Source of the DNA: a virus
Taxonomy: Duplodnaviria > Caudoviricetes
Virus record (IMG/VR): IMGVR_UViG_3300017747_001237
Location: 1 to 26,380 of that record
Strand: one strand, 5' to 3'
DNA: 26,380 nucleotides
The notes below the pieces were generated by a model. That model saw nothing but the letters and a program-made list of their open reading frames with translations. It did no database searches and had not been told where the DNA came from. How positions within the stretch are numbered: position 1 is the stretch's first letter; the number at the start of each line of letters is the position of its first letter. This document shows positions 16,180-24,918 of the stretch, one piece after another. The translations under genes were made by a program, and so were the position numbers.

Positions 16180-17088
16180 TTATGCGCCAGGGCTGCCGAA
16201 GATGCCGCGCCAGTCGGTCCAACCAACGCTGAAACGAAGCGTGGCCTTGGCCTTGGCGTTCTCGGTATCGAAGTCGTTGTCCTGACGGAACTCGGTTGCG
16301 CGCCGGTTGAACCGCATCAAACCGTTCGGGGCGTTGGTCTGGACGAAAAACGCATCCGAGTCGGTCAGGTAGTGGTTGACGACCGCGCCGCCCTTAATCA
16401 ACCCCATCGACTTGACGGCGTTAACGTCGTTGTTGGCCGTGCCGCTCTGCAGCGTCGAATTCATGACGCGTTCCGCGTCAAACGCCAGAGACGGCGGCAC
16501 GATCAGCTTTTTCGGCATCAGCGAGATGCGCAAACCGCGCGAATTCTTGCTTTCCATGATCTGGATCAGCAAGTCTTCAAGCGACGCTTCGCTGAAGTCG
16601 GCTGCCGTCGTCAACTCGTTCGACTGCGTGCCGTCCACGGTCGGGTGGTCCGTCGCAATCATCTCCTTGCCGTCCGCGCCCGTGTAGCTCGAGTTGAACG
16701 CACGGTTCAGGATGTTGGCGGCAACGATCTCTTCCGTCTGGCGAACCGAGAAGGCAAGCGCCTTGATGCGACGCTTAGAGACGACCTCATAAAGGTTGTC
16801 TTCCTGCTCTTCGCGCGTCACGATGTAGCCGAGGCCGTAGGTGACGTGCGTATAGCGCTTGGTCGGCCCCTGGCTTTCGCTGTCGAACTCAACAGCCATT
16901 GCCTGGTTTTTCTCTTTAGCCAAGCCGAAGCCAGTGACCTCGGTATCCTCTTCGTAATTCTTCTCGGAGGTTTCCGTCTCAAAGATCTGCGACCACTCCT
17001 GCGGGTGCTCGGAATACTGCCGGCCCCAGAATTTGTGCATCCCAGGCCATAGGGCCTTTGGGTGATTGCCAGTTGTGATAACGGCCAT
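16180..17088 (-). CDS. Major capsid protein (HK97-like fold expected)
   Basis: 302 aa, AAGGAG RBS. LWPG...W...Y....EW..IF....S...YEE.....GFG.A..K.....V.FD, Y.H.TY.LG..VT.E..EDNLY, PKKLIVP, NHYLTD.DAFF, DF.T.N...KA..RFS.GW.DWRGIFGSPGA. Confidence 0.9.
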   Translation of the reverse strand: MAVITTGNHPKALWPGMHKFWGRQYSEHPQEWSQIFETETSEKNYEEDTEVTGFGLAKEKNQAMAVEFDSESQGPTKRYTHVTYGLGYIVTREEQEDNLYEVVSKRRIKALAFSVRQTEEIVAANILNRAFNSSYTGADGKEMIATDHPTVDGTQSNELTTAADFSEASLEDLLIQIMESKNSRGLRISLMPKKLIVPPSLAFDAERVMNSTLQSGTANNDVNAVKSMGLIKGGAVVNHYLTDSDAFFVQTNAPNGLMRFNRRATEFRQDNDFDTENAKAKATLRFSVGWTDWRGIFGSPGA

Positions 17089-17101
17089 GGTTCAGATCTC
17101 C

Positions 17102-17677
17102 TTAGATGCCGGTCAGGTTGCGCAGCGTGTGCAGATTGATGCTGACAAGCATCTTGGCGTTGGCGTTGCCCACTTCGTTGTCGATCCTCCGAGAGAATCC
17201 CATGATCCGAAGCTGAAGCGTGTTGGTCGTCGCCGCCGTGGAGCTATCCGCCTGGAAGCCGGAAAGTCCGGTAACGGTCGAGCCCGTGCCGGCAACAAGG
17301 TCAACGTTCTGGCCAACACTGGTCACGGCCAGAGCGCCGCCGACGCCGTCTTCCTGGATCTCAAACTGGAGATCGGGATCGTCGGCCACCCAGACATAGC
17401 GAGCGGTCGAGGCCGCGCGGTAGGTGAGGGAATCGCGGGTTTCAGACTCAACCGAAACCACCGGGCCAAGCAGAAACGCGCCGCCAGCAGCGGTGGCGCG
17501 GGTCACAGTCGCCACGCCGTCAGCGTCGGACGAACCGGCGATGATGACGGGATCACCAATGTAGAGAGCCGTGCTGTCGGAAGCCGGCACAAAGTAGCGT
17601 GTCGCGGCGCCGTTGTAAGGCGCACCGCTGCGATGCCGAACCGGGCGCAGCCCGAACGGCGTATTGGCGTTTGCCAT
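17102..17677 (-). CDS. Head decoration/minor capsid-like protein
   Basis: MAN.NTPFGLRPV, Y.......AL.IGDPV, V.DDP...FEIQ.D......VG.N.DL..G.GS..TG.S...D; directly upstream of the capsid gene. AGGA RBS. Confidence 0.75.
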   Translation of the reverse strand: MANANTPFGLRPVRHRSGAPYNGAATRYFVPASDSTALYIGDPVIIAGSSDADGVATVTRATAAGGAFLLGPVVSVESETRDSLTYRAASTARYVWVADDPDLQFEIQEDGVGGALAVTSVGQNVDLVAGTGSTVTGLSGFQADSSTAATTNTLQLRIMGFSRRIDNEVGNANAKMLVSINLHTLRNLTGI

Positions 17678-17698
17678 GGGTTATGTCCTGATGAGGGG

Positions 17699-18166
17699 TT
17701 AGGGTTTAAATGCGCCGCCGTGGGATACGCTGATCGCTTGCGGCACGTAGCCGCCCGCTTCAGGCGTGCCGGACTCGCTCTTGAGTTGGCCGCGCTTGAT
17801 TGATTTCTCAGTGTCGTCGATCATTGCCTGTTCCTTGGCTTTGTCGCCGACGTAGTAGTCTTTTCGCTTCCTCAGCAAGATCGCCCGTTTGCCGGTACGC
17901 CGATCGACAATGCGTTCTGCACCAGTGCCGACGGAAACGTCCTTCGGTCCCTTCTGGTCGAACGTCACAACCTCCCAGTCATCCGCAACCGTCAGAGCGT
18001 GCATGCGCCCCGGCTCGTCGTTGACCCAACGATAGGTAAAGTTTGGGTCCATCTCGCCCGTGATCGCCAGATTCCTGCGGCGACTGAGGCCCGTGTCTTC
18101 ACGGCGCCGACGTTGCTGACGTTCGGCTTCGATGCGGGGTGACGGTTGCTTGATGATCTGGTTCAT
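17699..18166 (-). CDS. Head-module hypothetical protein
   Basis: Start MNQIIK at 18166 (ATGA overlap with the scaffold stop). F.YRWVND.PGR......DWE.V, G.RA.LLRK....Y..D...Q..ID..E..I. Confidence 0.75.
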   Translation of the reverse strand: MNQIIKQPSPRIEAERQQRRRREDTGLSRRRNLAITGEMDPNFTYRWVNDEPGRMHALTVADDWEVVTFDQKGPKDVSVGTGAERIVDRRTGKRAILLRKRKDYYVGDKAKEQAMIDDTEKSIKRGQLKSESGTPEAGGYVPQAISVSHGGAFKP

Positions 18167-19053
18167 TGATCCTGAGCCCAATAGTCCGAAGCGTATTCGG
18201 ATATGTTCTTGAAGAGACCCTGCTTGACGAAGCGCTCACCTTGCGCGCGTGCGTCGGCCGGGAGATCGGACGCGCCCTTTTGACGAGGGCCACCATTGGC
18301 AATTCGCGAGCCGCCTTCAAGGTTGAGGGGCTGTGCTCGCGAAGCGCCGAACTTGTCTGGATAGCGGGATCGAACGTAGCGCTCGACCTCGGCGAGGTTT
18401 TCGCGCATCGACAGGCCCGGCCGCTCCCGTGCCAGAGCATCGGACCTCGCCACAGCAACAAGCTGCATTTCACGGTCGGCGTTGAACCACGAATTGCGCT
18501 GAATCCAGGCGTCGGCATCTGGATCGCGGGCGGGCTGTTGCGGTTTCGGCTCTGCGACTTCGCGAATTTGCGCGTCGTGACGCTCGACCGCCTGCCCCAT
18601 GTCCTGGCGAAGTTGGTCATACCGTTGCGTGTCACCGGTCTCGACCGCCTGGCGCATAGCGTTTTCATAGGCGCCGACAAGCTGGTCACGCTGGCGCTTG
18701 AGCGCCGTTTCGGACATCTTCTCGAGGCGGGCAACCTGCTGGTTGAAGTTGCTTTCAAGCTCGGAGATTTTGCGGGTCGCAGCACGAAGCCGCTCGCGCA
18801 CGATCGGCAAGTCTTCCTCGCCGCGCTTGACGAACTCCGAGGCGTCCCGCCAGTTTTCGGGTGGCCCTCGGAACTCTTCTTTCGGCACCCAGCCCATGGC
18901 TTTCGCGCGGGATTCGGTGTCGTCGCCGGCTGGCTGCTGATGGTCGCCCTGTTCGACGCGGTCTGCCGGCTCGTTGTCGACGCTTGGCGGCGGCGATGCG
19001 GGCGCGCTGCCTTCGCCGGGGACGGCAACGCCTTGGTTCAGATCGTCGCTCAT
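18163..19053 (-). CDS. Capsid scaffolding protein
   Basis: Acidic/Pro-rich N-terminus, A..MGWVPKEEF.G....W.DA.EFV.RGE, long coiled coil, W...N.WF..D..M, C-terminal helical pair. Lies between portal and capsid. Confidence 0.75.
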   Translation of the reverse strand: MSDDLNQGVAVPGEGSAPASPPPSVDNEPADRVEQGDHQQPAGDDTESRAKAMGWVPKEEFRGPPENWRDASEFVKRGEEDLPIVRERLRAATRKISELESNFNQQVARLEKMSETALKRQRDQLVGAYENAMRQAVETGDTQRYDQLRQDMGQAVERHDAQIREVAEPKPQQPARDPDADAWIQRNSWFNADREMQLVAVARSDALARERPGLSMRENLAEVERYVRSRYPDKFGASRAQPLNLEGGSRIANGGPRQKGASDLPADARAQGERFVKQGLFKNISEYASDYWAQDQ

Positions 19054-19409
19054 CGGCGCACCGCCACAACGTCTTTGTCGTTCATCACGCGGTATTCTTT
19101 GCCGTCAGATCCGGTGATCGTAATGCCGGCGTAGCGAGCAAACACGACACGGTCGCCTGAAGTTGGCTTGCGCGCGGTTGCGGGCCATTCTTCGTAGGAG
19201 AACGCCAGCGGTGATACCGCAACAAGGTCGCCTTCCATCGCGGCGTGCTTGTCGCGCTCTTTCGTCTCGTCAGGCTTGTGCAGCTTGAAGCCGCCTTTCA
19301 GTTCGACATAGCCCTTCTCTTCAACCGGAAGCACGACCACCTTGTATTCAACGGGGTCAATGCCGGACAGATTCAGACTTGGCACCCTTAGTGCCGCTGC
19401 TTTTGTCAT
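19050..19409 (-). CDS. GroES/Cpn10-like co-chaperonin
   Basis: P..YKVVVLP, GG..L.P, G.LVAVSP.A, GDRV.FARYAG..I...DG.EYRVMNDKDV.AV match the Cpn10 pattern. Confidence 0.9.
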   Translation of the reverse strand: MTKAAALRVPSLNLSGIDPVEYKVVVLPVEEKGYVELKGGFKLHKPDETKERDKHAAMEGDLVAVSPLAFSYEEWPATARKPTSGDRVVFARYAGITITGSDGKEYRVMNDKDVVAVRR

Positions 19410-19636
19410 GAGAGTAATCCCTCTAATTGCTCGGCTGTCATGTGTCTCAACTCACTGAGCGTGCTTGCTCGGCTACGCAGCTTCGCCAGGGTTTCCGGGT
19501 CACTGTTGCCCGCGCCCCATGACGTACTCATCCACGATGACTTTGCTTGTTCTTCTAGGCTGGCCATGGCCCGATACAGTGCCTCTGTCATCGGGTGTGC
19601 CAGCCACTCGTCAAACGTCTCCGGGTCGATCTTCAT
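19406..19636 (-). CDS. Small hypothetical protein downstream of portal
   Basis: F.EW..HPMT..L motif, helical. ATGA overlaps at both ends. Confidence 0.75.
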   Translation of the reverse strand: MKIDPETFDEWLAHPMTEALYRAMASLEEQAKSSWMSTSWGAGNSDPETLAKLRSRASTLSELRHMTAEQLEGLLS

Positions 19637-21711
19637 TTGGCCTTGTAGCCAGCCGAGGCAACCTCGTGCTTCATTTCGACTTCCGCAGCACGCAAGTCAG
19701 CCTCTCGAGCTTTGACGTCAAGCGCCGATGCCTGAATCTCAATTTCGCGCTGCTTCATGTCGAGCGTCTGGGCCATCATGGCCATTTTCTGCTCACCCTC
19801 AATCATCTTGCGTTGCGCGTCGGCCAGCTTGGACTCGATGTCGATCGCGGCCATCTCGCGCTTGGCTTCAATCTCGTCGCGCATCGACTGAGCTTTGATC
19901 TCGGCCAGCTTTTCTTCTGGCGTCGGTGGCGGCGGCTGATCTGGCGGCGGCGGCGGAACAAGCACGCCTTCAACGTTGTCGACGCGCGCGGCTTCAAGCG
20001 CCCGCCTGGTCGCCTCGAACATGTTGATATGCGGATTGCCGGCCTTGGCCTCTTCAAGCACGAACTGCGCCTTGGACATGCGCTGCATATCCGTAATCGT
20101 ATTTGGGTCGGCCGTGGGCATCACGTCCATGTCGCCCATGTAGTCGGCCTGCGTGACCTCGGCTGGCTCGTCGAGCAAGGCCACGTATTTGACGCCGTCG
20201 AGACCGCGCTTGTTGATCTCGAAGATCATCTTGTACTCAGAGCGCAGCGCCCGATAGATGCGCTTATAGATGGCCGTGAACACCTTGAGCCCCTGCTCAA
20301 TCTTGGCCATTGTCGTGGTTGCGGTCTCGTTGGCCGGGCTGTCGCCAACAAGAATGTCCTGAATGCTGGCGATGTCGCGCCCGCTGTCGATCATCAGCGA
20401 CAAAAGCTCAAACAGCGTCTTGCTGGGGCCTGGATGCTCCATCGAGACGATGCCGGCGCGAAGGTCAGGAACCGCCGTCTGCACCGTCTTGTACTGTCCG
20501 GGCCGCAAGCGGACTTCCGCCTTGCCCTTGGAGATGTCGACACCAGCCGCAATAAAGCCGCCACCCGCGTTCTGCAGCGTGCCGGCGTCCATCATCTGAT
20601 TGATGGTCGTGTCGATCACGTCCGACAGATGCTCAAGCAGCTTGCCAAAACCGATGTCGTAAAAGCCGCCTTGCGGGTCTGGAATGAACGGGATTTTCAC
20701 AAAATACTTGATCCGCGACATCTGCTTAATGCGGAACTTGCGTTCATCAATCTGGATCGAATCGAGGTCAAACCCGGCTACAAGCTTGACGACGGTCTGA
20801 GTTTGCTTGTGAACCGTGACAATCCAGGGCTCGGGGAAGCCGTCTTCGTCGCTGTCCCAGTAGCGTTGCTGCTCGAGGAATTCATGCGGGCTGTCGGGGT
20901 CGCTGCTATCCTCGCCGCTGCCCTTAAAGTCGAACTCCTTGAACCGGCCGTCACGCTGCCGCTCGATGATCTCATGCGGATAGAGGCTTAGCTTGTGGGT
21001 GATGCGCGGCACGCTTTCGAGCGAGCGAGCGCTTTGGTTGACCACCACGTCAAAGGCTGACACCAAGTCATCGCAGAAGCCAGCCGGCTTGCTCGGCTCC
21101 GCGTAAACCTTTTTGAAGCAGCAACCCACGATGGGCAATTGATGCAAGGCCGTGTCTAGGTCGCTCTCCCAGTTCTCGACCTCATACATAAGCTGATAGC
21201 TCATGTGCTGGGAGACGCGGTCAGCGGCCGCAGCCTTCATGCCGTTTTCGTCGCGGCCGATCACCTGACACTTGACGATGCGCGGGCCATCAACAATAGC
21301 AGGGTAGGCGCGAGCAGCGAACTGCAGCGCAGCCGTGGCAAGCATCGGGTATTTGACGTTGGACGCGCCAGGCCACGGGCTCGACTTCTCCTCGCGCTTC
21401 TGGCGGGCAAGGTCCATGGCGCGAGTTGCCGTGGCCTTCCAATCGCTGCGGCTGTCGTCGTCAAGGTCGTATTCGCGGACCACCAATTGACCGAGTCCAG
21501 CAATGCGGGAATCGTCGAACTCATCGACCGCATTAGGCGAGCTGGCAACACGCTGCAAGCCCATGACTATCTTGCGCAGCGCGATCAACTCAGGCGAAGG
21601 CGGCGGCTCAAACATCGGCGCAAATGGGATGATCTCAGCCGATTGCGGCGTCATCATCTGCGGGGCCATCGCGTCGGCCATGGGGTCGAGCATCTCGGGG
21701 AAATCGCCCAT
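19633..21711 (-). CDS. Portal protein (P22-like, with C-terminal helical extension)
   Basis: 692 aa after the terminase. D..SR.DW, K..PWPGASNVKYP.L..AA.QF.ARAYP, LP.VG..FKKVY, F.P.P.GGFY.IG.G.LL, INQ..DAGTL.N..GGF, A.TT.A.IEQG.KVF.AIYKR. Confidence 0.93.
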   Translation of the reverse strand: MGDFPEMLDPMADAMAPQMMTPQSAEIIPFAPMFEPPPSPELIALRKIVMGLQRVASSPNAVDEFDDSRIAGLGQLVVREYDLDDDSRSDWKATATRAMDLARQKREEKSSPWPGASNVKYPMLATAALQFAARAYPAIVDGPRIVKCQVIGRDENGMKAAAADRVSQHMSYQLMYEVENWESDLDTALHQLPIVGCCFKKVYAEPSKPAGFCDDLVSAFDVVVNQSARSLESVPRITHKLSLYPHEIIERQRDGRFKEFDFKGSGEDSSDPDSPHEFLEQQRYWDSDEDGFPEPWIVTVHKQTQTVVKLVAGFDLDSIQIDERKFRIKQMSRIKYFVKIPFIPDPQGGFYDIGFGKLLEHLSDVIDTTINQMMDAGTLQNAGGGFIAAGVDISKGKAEVRLRPGQYKTVQTAVPDLRAGIVSMEHPGPSKTLFELLSLMIDSGRDIASIQDILVGDSPANETATTTMAKIEQGLKVFTAIYKRIYRALRSEYKMIFEINKRGLDGVKYVALLDEPAEVTQADYMGDMDVMPTADPNTITDMQRMSKAQFVLEEAKAGNPHINMFEATRRALEAARVDNVEGVLVPPPPPDQPPPPTPEEKLAEIKAQSMRDEIEAKREMAAIDIESKLADAQRKMIEGEQKMAMMAQTLDMKQREIEIQASALDVKAREADLRAAEVEMKHEVASAGYKAK

Positions 21712-22442
21712 CAGTAGCCCGTGCTCGCGTTGCGCGTCTTGCGCTCATGCGGCTGCTCTTCGTCAAGATACGGCGCGGTCTTGCTGACCTTCATGCCGGA
21801 CATGATCAGGTAGCGCATGGCGTCCATCGCGTGGTCATTCTCTTTAATGATCTTGCCATCCTCGTTGCGTCGGTAGATGCGGAGCTCGGAGATGAGATTG
21901 CGCAGCGTCGAGAAAATCTTGAGCCGACCCGACACCATGCGCTGATAGCAAGCGTGAATGCCCGCCTCGACGGTGTTGTCGGCATCGACAAGGTTAAGCC
22001 CTAGACGCTGGTATTCCATGCGTAGCGACTGGCCGTCCTTCTGACTTGCGCCAGCGCTGGCCGGATCGATCGCGCCCCAAATCCACTCACCCTTGACCTT
22101 GATTGCGTCGGCGTGAATGGCGGGCGCGGCTTGGCCCATGTAGTGATCAGCGTAGAGATGCACCGTGTCACTATGTCGATCCCAGGCGCCCCAGATTGCT
22201 GCCGTTCGGTTCCAGCCGACGTCCATGCCATACGCGCGTGGCCAATAATCTGGGATCTCGAAGGGCTGCTCAACAACAACGCTCTCAGGCACCGGATAAA
22301 TGACGCCCGAGCCCATGGTCGGAACGCCCTTAGTCCGCGCGTCCCGCATGTGCGGCTGCATGGCGTCGAGCATTTGCGCTTTGGTTTCGGCCGAGAGATG
22401 AGGGACGTCGTCCCACGTGGCCTGAACGCAGAGGCGGCTCAT
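21711..22442 (-). CDS. terL: Terminase large subunit, C-terminal part (end of ATPase domain plus RNase H-like nuclease)
   Basis: ATWDDVPHL...RDARTKGVPTMGSG.IYP, GMDVGW, IDPA, V.AGI......M..GRLK.F, E.R.YRR.E.GKI.KENDH.MDA.RY, paralleling P22 gp2 as I recall it. Confidence 0.92.
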   Translation of the reverse strand: MSRLCVQATWDDVPHLSAETKAQMLDAMQPHMRDARTKGVPTMGSGVIYPVPESVVVEQPFEIPDYWPRAYGMDVGWNRTAAIWGAWDRHSDTVHLYADHYMGQAAPAIHADAIKVKGEWIWGAIDPASAGASQKDGQSLRMEYQRLGLNLVDADNTVEAGIHACYQRMVSGRLKIFSTLRNLISELRIYRRNEDGKIIKENDHAMDAMRYLIMSGMKVSKTAPYLDEEQPHERKTRNASTGY

Positions 22443-22582
22443 TCGGTGGTCGGCTTCTCGACGCTAAACCGAATGCGCCCATCACTTTTGATCGTCGCCC
22501 AATAGTGGTCGCCACGCCAAAGGTTAACGCTGATCTTCTTGAACCCGTAAATGCCTTCAAGCTCGGCTTCGGCTGTCTTCAT
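22439..22582 (-). CDS. 47-aa hypothetical protein between the two terL halves
   Basis: MKTAEAELEGIYGFKKISVNLWRGDHYWATIKSDGRIRFSVEKPTTE. ATGA overlaps at both ends (22579-22582 and 22439-22442); GGAG upstream. Confidence 0.6.
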   Translation of the reverse strand: MKTAEAELEGIYGFKKISVNLWRGDHYWATIKSDGRIRFSVEKPTTE

Positions 22583-23328
22583 TGCGGCGCTAACTCCGGC
22601 AGGAACTTCAGTGCCACCTTGCTGATGCCATTCAGCGGCGTGAACGTGCAAAGCATCAGCCCGTTTTCATCGCCTGGCGTCGTGGCCGTGAGGCGAAGCA
22701 CACACTCTTCGTAAACGTGAATGTCAGGCTCTTCGTCGAGCCAAACCAAGTCCTTCTTCGTGCCCTGAAACTTGGCCCGTCCTTGATCGTAGGCTTTGAA
22801 ACCGATCTTGCTGACACCGCCCGTCACATGCCGGACTCGGATCGTATCAAATGCACCAGAGATGCCGCGTTTCGTGCTTGGGCTACCAACGATCAAATGG
22901 CCGGGGATCATTCCCGTTCCAAGCTCGCCGTCGCCGCCCTCGCCTCCGACGCCCGTCAACGCCACCTGAATGACGTCTCGAGTCGTCTCGATGGTGTCGC
23001 CGGCTGTCCAAGCCTCAATCGGCCGCTTGAACCGCCGCCCAACCCACCAGTCAGGATAGAGCCCCGTCAGATGGCATGTCGTCTCGTAAGCACCGACGCC
23101 CCAGGTCTTGCCAACGCGGTTTGCGGCCATCATGCAGCGTTCCATGTGCTGCGTGCCGCCCGCAAAAAACGTCATGTGCTTGGCGTACAGCTCACGCCTT
23201 AGTGGTCCCGTCTCCGGGTACATGCTGAAGAACTTCTTGCGCTGGATCCGGCGTTCCTTCTCCTCCAGCAGCAGCAATAGCTCCCGCTTTTCGGAGGACG
23301 AAAGTAAGCCTAGATTCAAGCTGCTCAT
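22579..23328 (-). CDS. terL: Terminase large subunit, N-terminal ATPase part
   Basis: Walker A MAANRVGKT, HLTG.YPDWW.GRRF, FKAYDQGR.KFQG, Walker B LVWLDEEP, coupling motif TFTPL.G. Start taken at MSSLNL (23328), uncertain. Confidence 0.92.
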   Translation of the reverse strand: MSSLNLGLLSSSEKRELLLLLEEKERRIQRKKFFSMYPETGPLRRELYAKHMTFFAGGTQHMERCMMAANRVGKTWGVGAYETTCHLTGLYPDWWVGRRFKRPIEAWTAGDTIETTRDVIQVALTGVGGEGGDGELGTGMIPGHLIVGSPSTKRGISGAFDTIRVRHVTGGVSKIGFKAYDQGRAKFQGTKKDLVWLDEEPDIHVYEECVLRLTATTPGDENGLMLCTFTPLNGISKVALKFLPELAPQ

Positions 23329-23698
23329 CGGAAAGCTTGAGGTCGATTCCTGTGACGTCGAGCTTATCACCGTACACCTTCGGCTTTAGCTTCCCAGCCG
23401 CCCATTTGCGCGCGTCGATGCGAACGCGCGCCTTGTTGGGATCAGGCTCAGTGTCTGCAATATTGGCGATTTCATCAGCAAAATAATCGGCCTGCGCTTC
23501 ACGCGCGCGCGTGTAGTTGTCATGGAAATCGACGTCTTCATGCAGCCAACGGTAAATCGTTTCCCGAGTAGGCATCGTCGGGTCATTGTCGAGGATGCTC
23601 TTGAGAGATTTCCCAACCATGAGACCAAGACAGATGCGGCCTTGAATGTCGCTGCGTTCGTCTGGGGAATAACCAGGATTGCCGCGCTCATCGGTCAT
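23192..23698 (-). CDS. terS: Terminase small subunit (Sf6/P22-like)
   Basis: IC..L..GKSL..I.....MP...TIYRWL....DF...Y.RARE.QAD..ADEI..IAD, ARVRIDARKW.A.KL.PKVYGDK. Confidence 0.92.
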   Translation of the reverse strand: MTDERGNPGYSPDERSDIQGRICLGLMVGKSLKSILDNDPTMPTRETIYRWLHEDVDFHDNYTRAREAQADYFADEIANIADTEPDPNKARVRIDARKWAAGKLKPKVYGDKLDVTGIDLKLSDEQLESRLTFVLRKAGAIAAAGGEGTPDPAQEVLQHVPGDGTTKA

Positions 23699-23865
23699 GC
23701 TTGCTCTGCCTTGGCAGCAAGAGCCTGTTCAATCTTAAGTAGTGCCTTATTGGTGCGTCGGTCGAGTGTGCCGTCTGCCTTCAGCTTGGCCTTGGCAAAG
23801 AGCTTGGCTTCCTCTTTGGTCAAGGGGCGAGTTTGATTGTCGCCGAAGTGGAGAACCCAGGTCAC
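23695..23865 (-). CDS. 56-aa basic hypothetical protein (not in the ORF track)
   Basis: MTWVLHFGDNQTRPLTKEEAKLFAKAKLKADGTLDRRTNKALLKIEQALAAKAEQA. Exactly fills the gap, with GTGA and ATGA overlaps. Confidence 0.7.
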   Translation of the reverse strand: MTWVLHFGDNQTRPLTKEEAKLFAKAKLKADGTLDRRTNKALLKIEQALAAKAEQA

Positions 23866-24905
23866 GCTGCGAGGCTCCGAAGCTGGGCAATGGTGTGGGT
23901 TTTGAGAACAGAAGGGCGAGTGTCAGCCTTAGTGACAGTCGCAGGCGGGGCGATGTCTGCCTGATGGTCTTCCTTGCGGCGGCGGCCGGCGAGAAAGAAC
24001 CCAATCGGAGCCAACACCAGCAAGGCAAACGAACCAAGGCCGGCGCTGCCAAGCGTGGCGTAGCGCATGGAAATCTCGTCGGCTTTGATAGCCTCTGCTG
24101 GGGCTTCACCGCGCACGAGATTGACGATTTGAGACGTGACCTGGGCCACAGCGACGTTCAGGCTGTCGCGATGCTCTGCCGTGTCGGCCTTGTTGCGCTC
24201 CTTGTCGAGCACGGCCTTGGTCCCGGCAATTTGCGTGTTCAACTCCGCAATCTTAGCATCGAGGCCCGTGAGGCTTTCAGCGGCGGCAATCTGGTTTAGG
24301 ACCTTATTGCGCTCGTCCTTTAGCTTCTCGCACTCGGCTTTGCAGCCCTTGGCGCGGCCACCACGGCCACCGGCAATCTCTGCTGCAATCTTGTCGTCGA
24401 GGGTCTTGACCTGATCCCGCAAGGCGTCGGCTTGCACTGTCGTAAGCCATGGGTTCTTTTCCATGGCCGCCGTGCGCTCGACATGCAGGGCCTTCAACCG
24501 ATCTTGAAACAACTTGAAGTTGGTGCGGGTTTCCTCGACAGCCTGCTGAGCGCCGCTGTGGCGGGCGTTGACGATCTGCGTATGCTGGATTTCGCCATGG
24601 CGCATGCCGGCCGTGTAGGTGACTTGCTGCTCAAAAGCCTTGATGCCGATGGGCACGCACAAGAGAGCCAGGACGATAGCCGAGAGATAGCGACCGGCGT
24701 CGAATTCCTCGTAAGCAGCATCAGGCAGAAATGCGAAGCCCATGGCCAGCATCGCCGCGCCGACACCATGCCAGAACGTGGCCTGTGAGATGCCGCCGTT
24801 AAACCCGATGGCAATGTCGACGACCAGGGCAATAGTGCCAACCGTTAGCCAAAGCTTGCCGTGCGGCGTGTATTGGTCATAGCGACGCTTGATCCATGAT
24901 CGCAT
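23862..24905 (-). CDS. Membrane protein with long coiled coil, DUF4407-like
   Basis: Start MRSWIKRR at 24905. Three N-terminal hydrophobic segments, a coiled coil interrupted by AEIAGGRGGRAKGCKAEC, then a fourth hydrophobic segment followed by RRRK. Confidence 0.65.
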   Translation of the reverse strand: MRSWIKRRYDQYTPHGKLWLTVGTIALVVDIAIGFNGGISQATFWHGVGAAMLAMGFAFLPDAAYEEFDAGRYLSAIVLALLCVPIGIKAFEQQVTYTAGMRHGEIQHTQIVNARHSGAQQAVEETRTNFKLFQDRLKALHVERTAAMEKNPWLTTVQADALRDQVKTLDDKIAAEIAGGRGGRAKGCKAECEKLKDERNKVLNQIAAAESLTGLDAKIAELNTQIAGTKAVLDKERNKADTAEHRDSLNVAVAQVTSQIVNLVRGEAPAEAIKADEISMRYATLGSAGLGSFALLVLAPIGFFLAGRRRKEDHQADIAPPATVTKADTRPSVLKTHTIAQLRSLAA

Positions 24906-24918
24906 GTGAGTGTGTCCC

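Noticed and set aside
19465-20991. 508-aa plus-strand ORF, and similar ones at 18166-19134, 17066-17803, 16372-17052 and 7672-8418
   Set aside because: Antisense shadows of clear phage genes in GC-rich DNA, with no recognisable motifs.
22439-22582. Ribosomal bypass, frameshift or single-base error joining the terL halves
   Set aside because: The halves are separated by about 136 nt, the C-half frame has an in-frame TAG eight codons before its ATG, and no matching CAA landing codon lies in that interval. The gap is also too short for a self-splicing intron.
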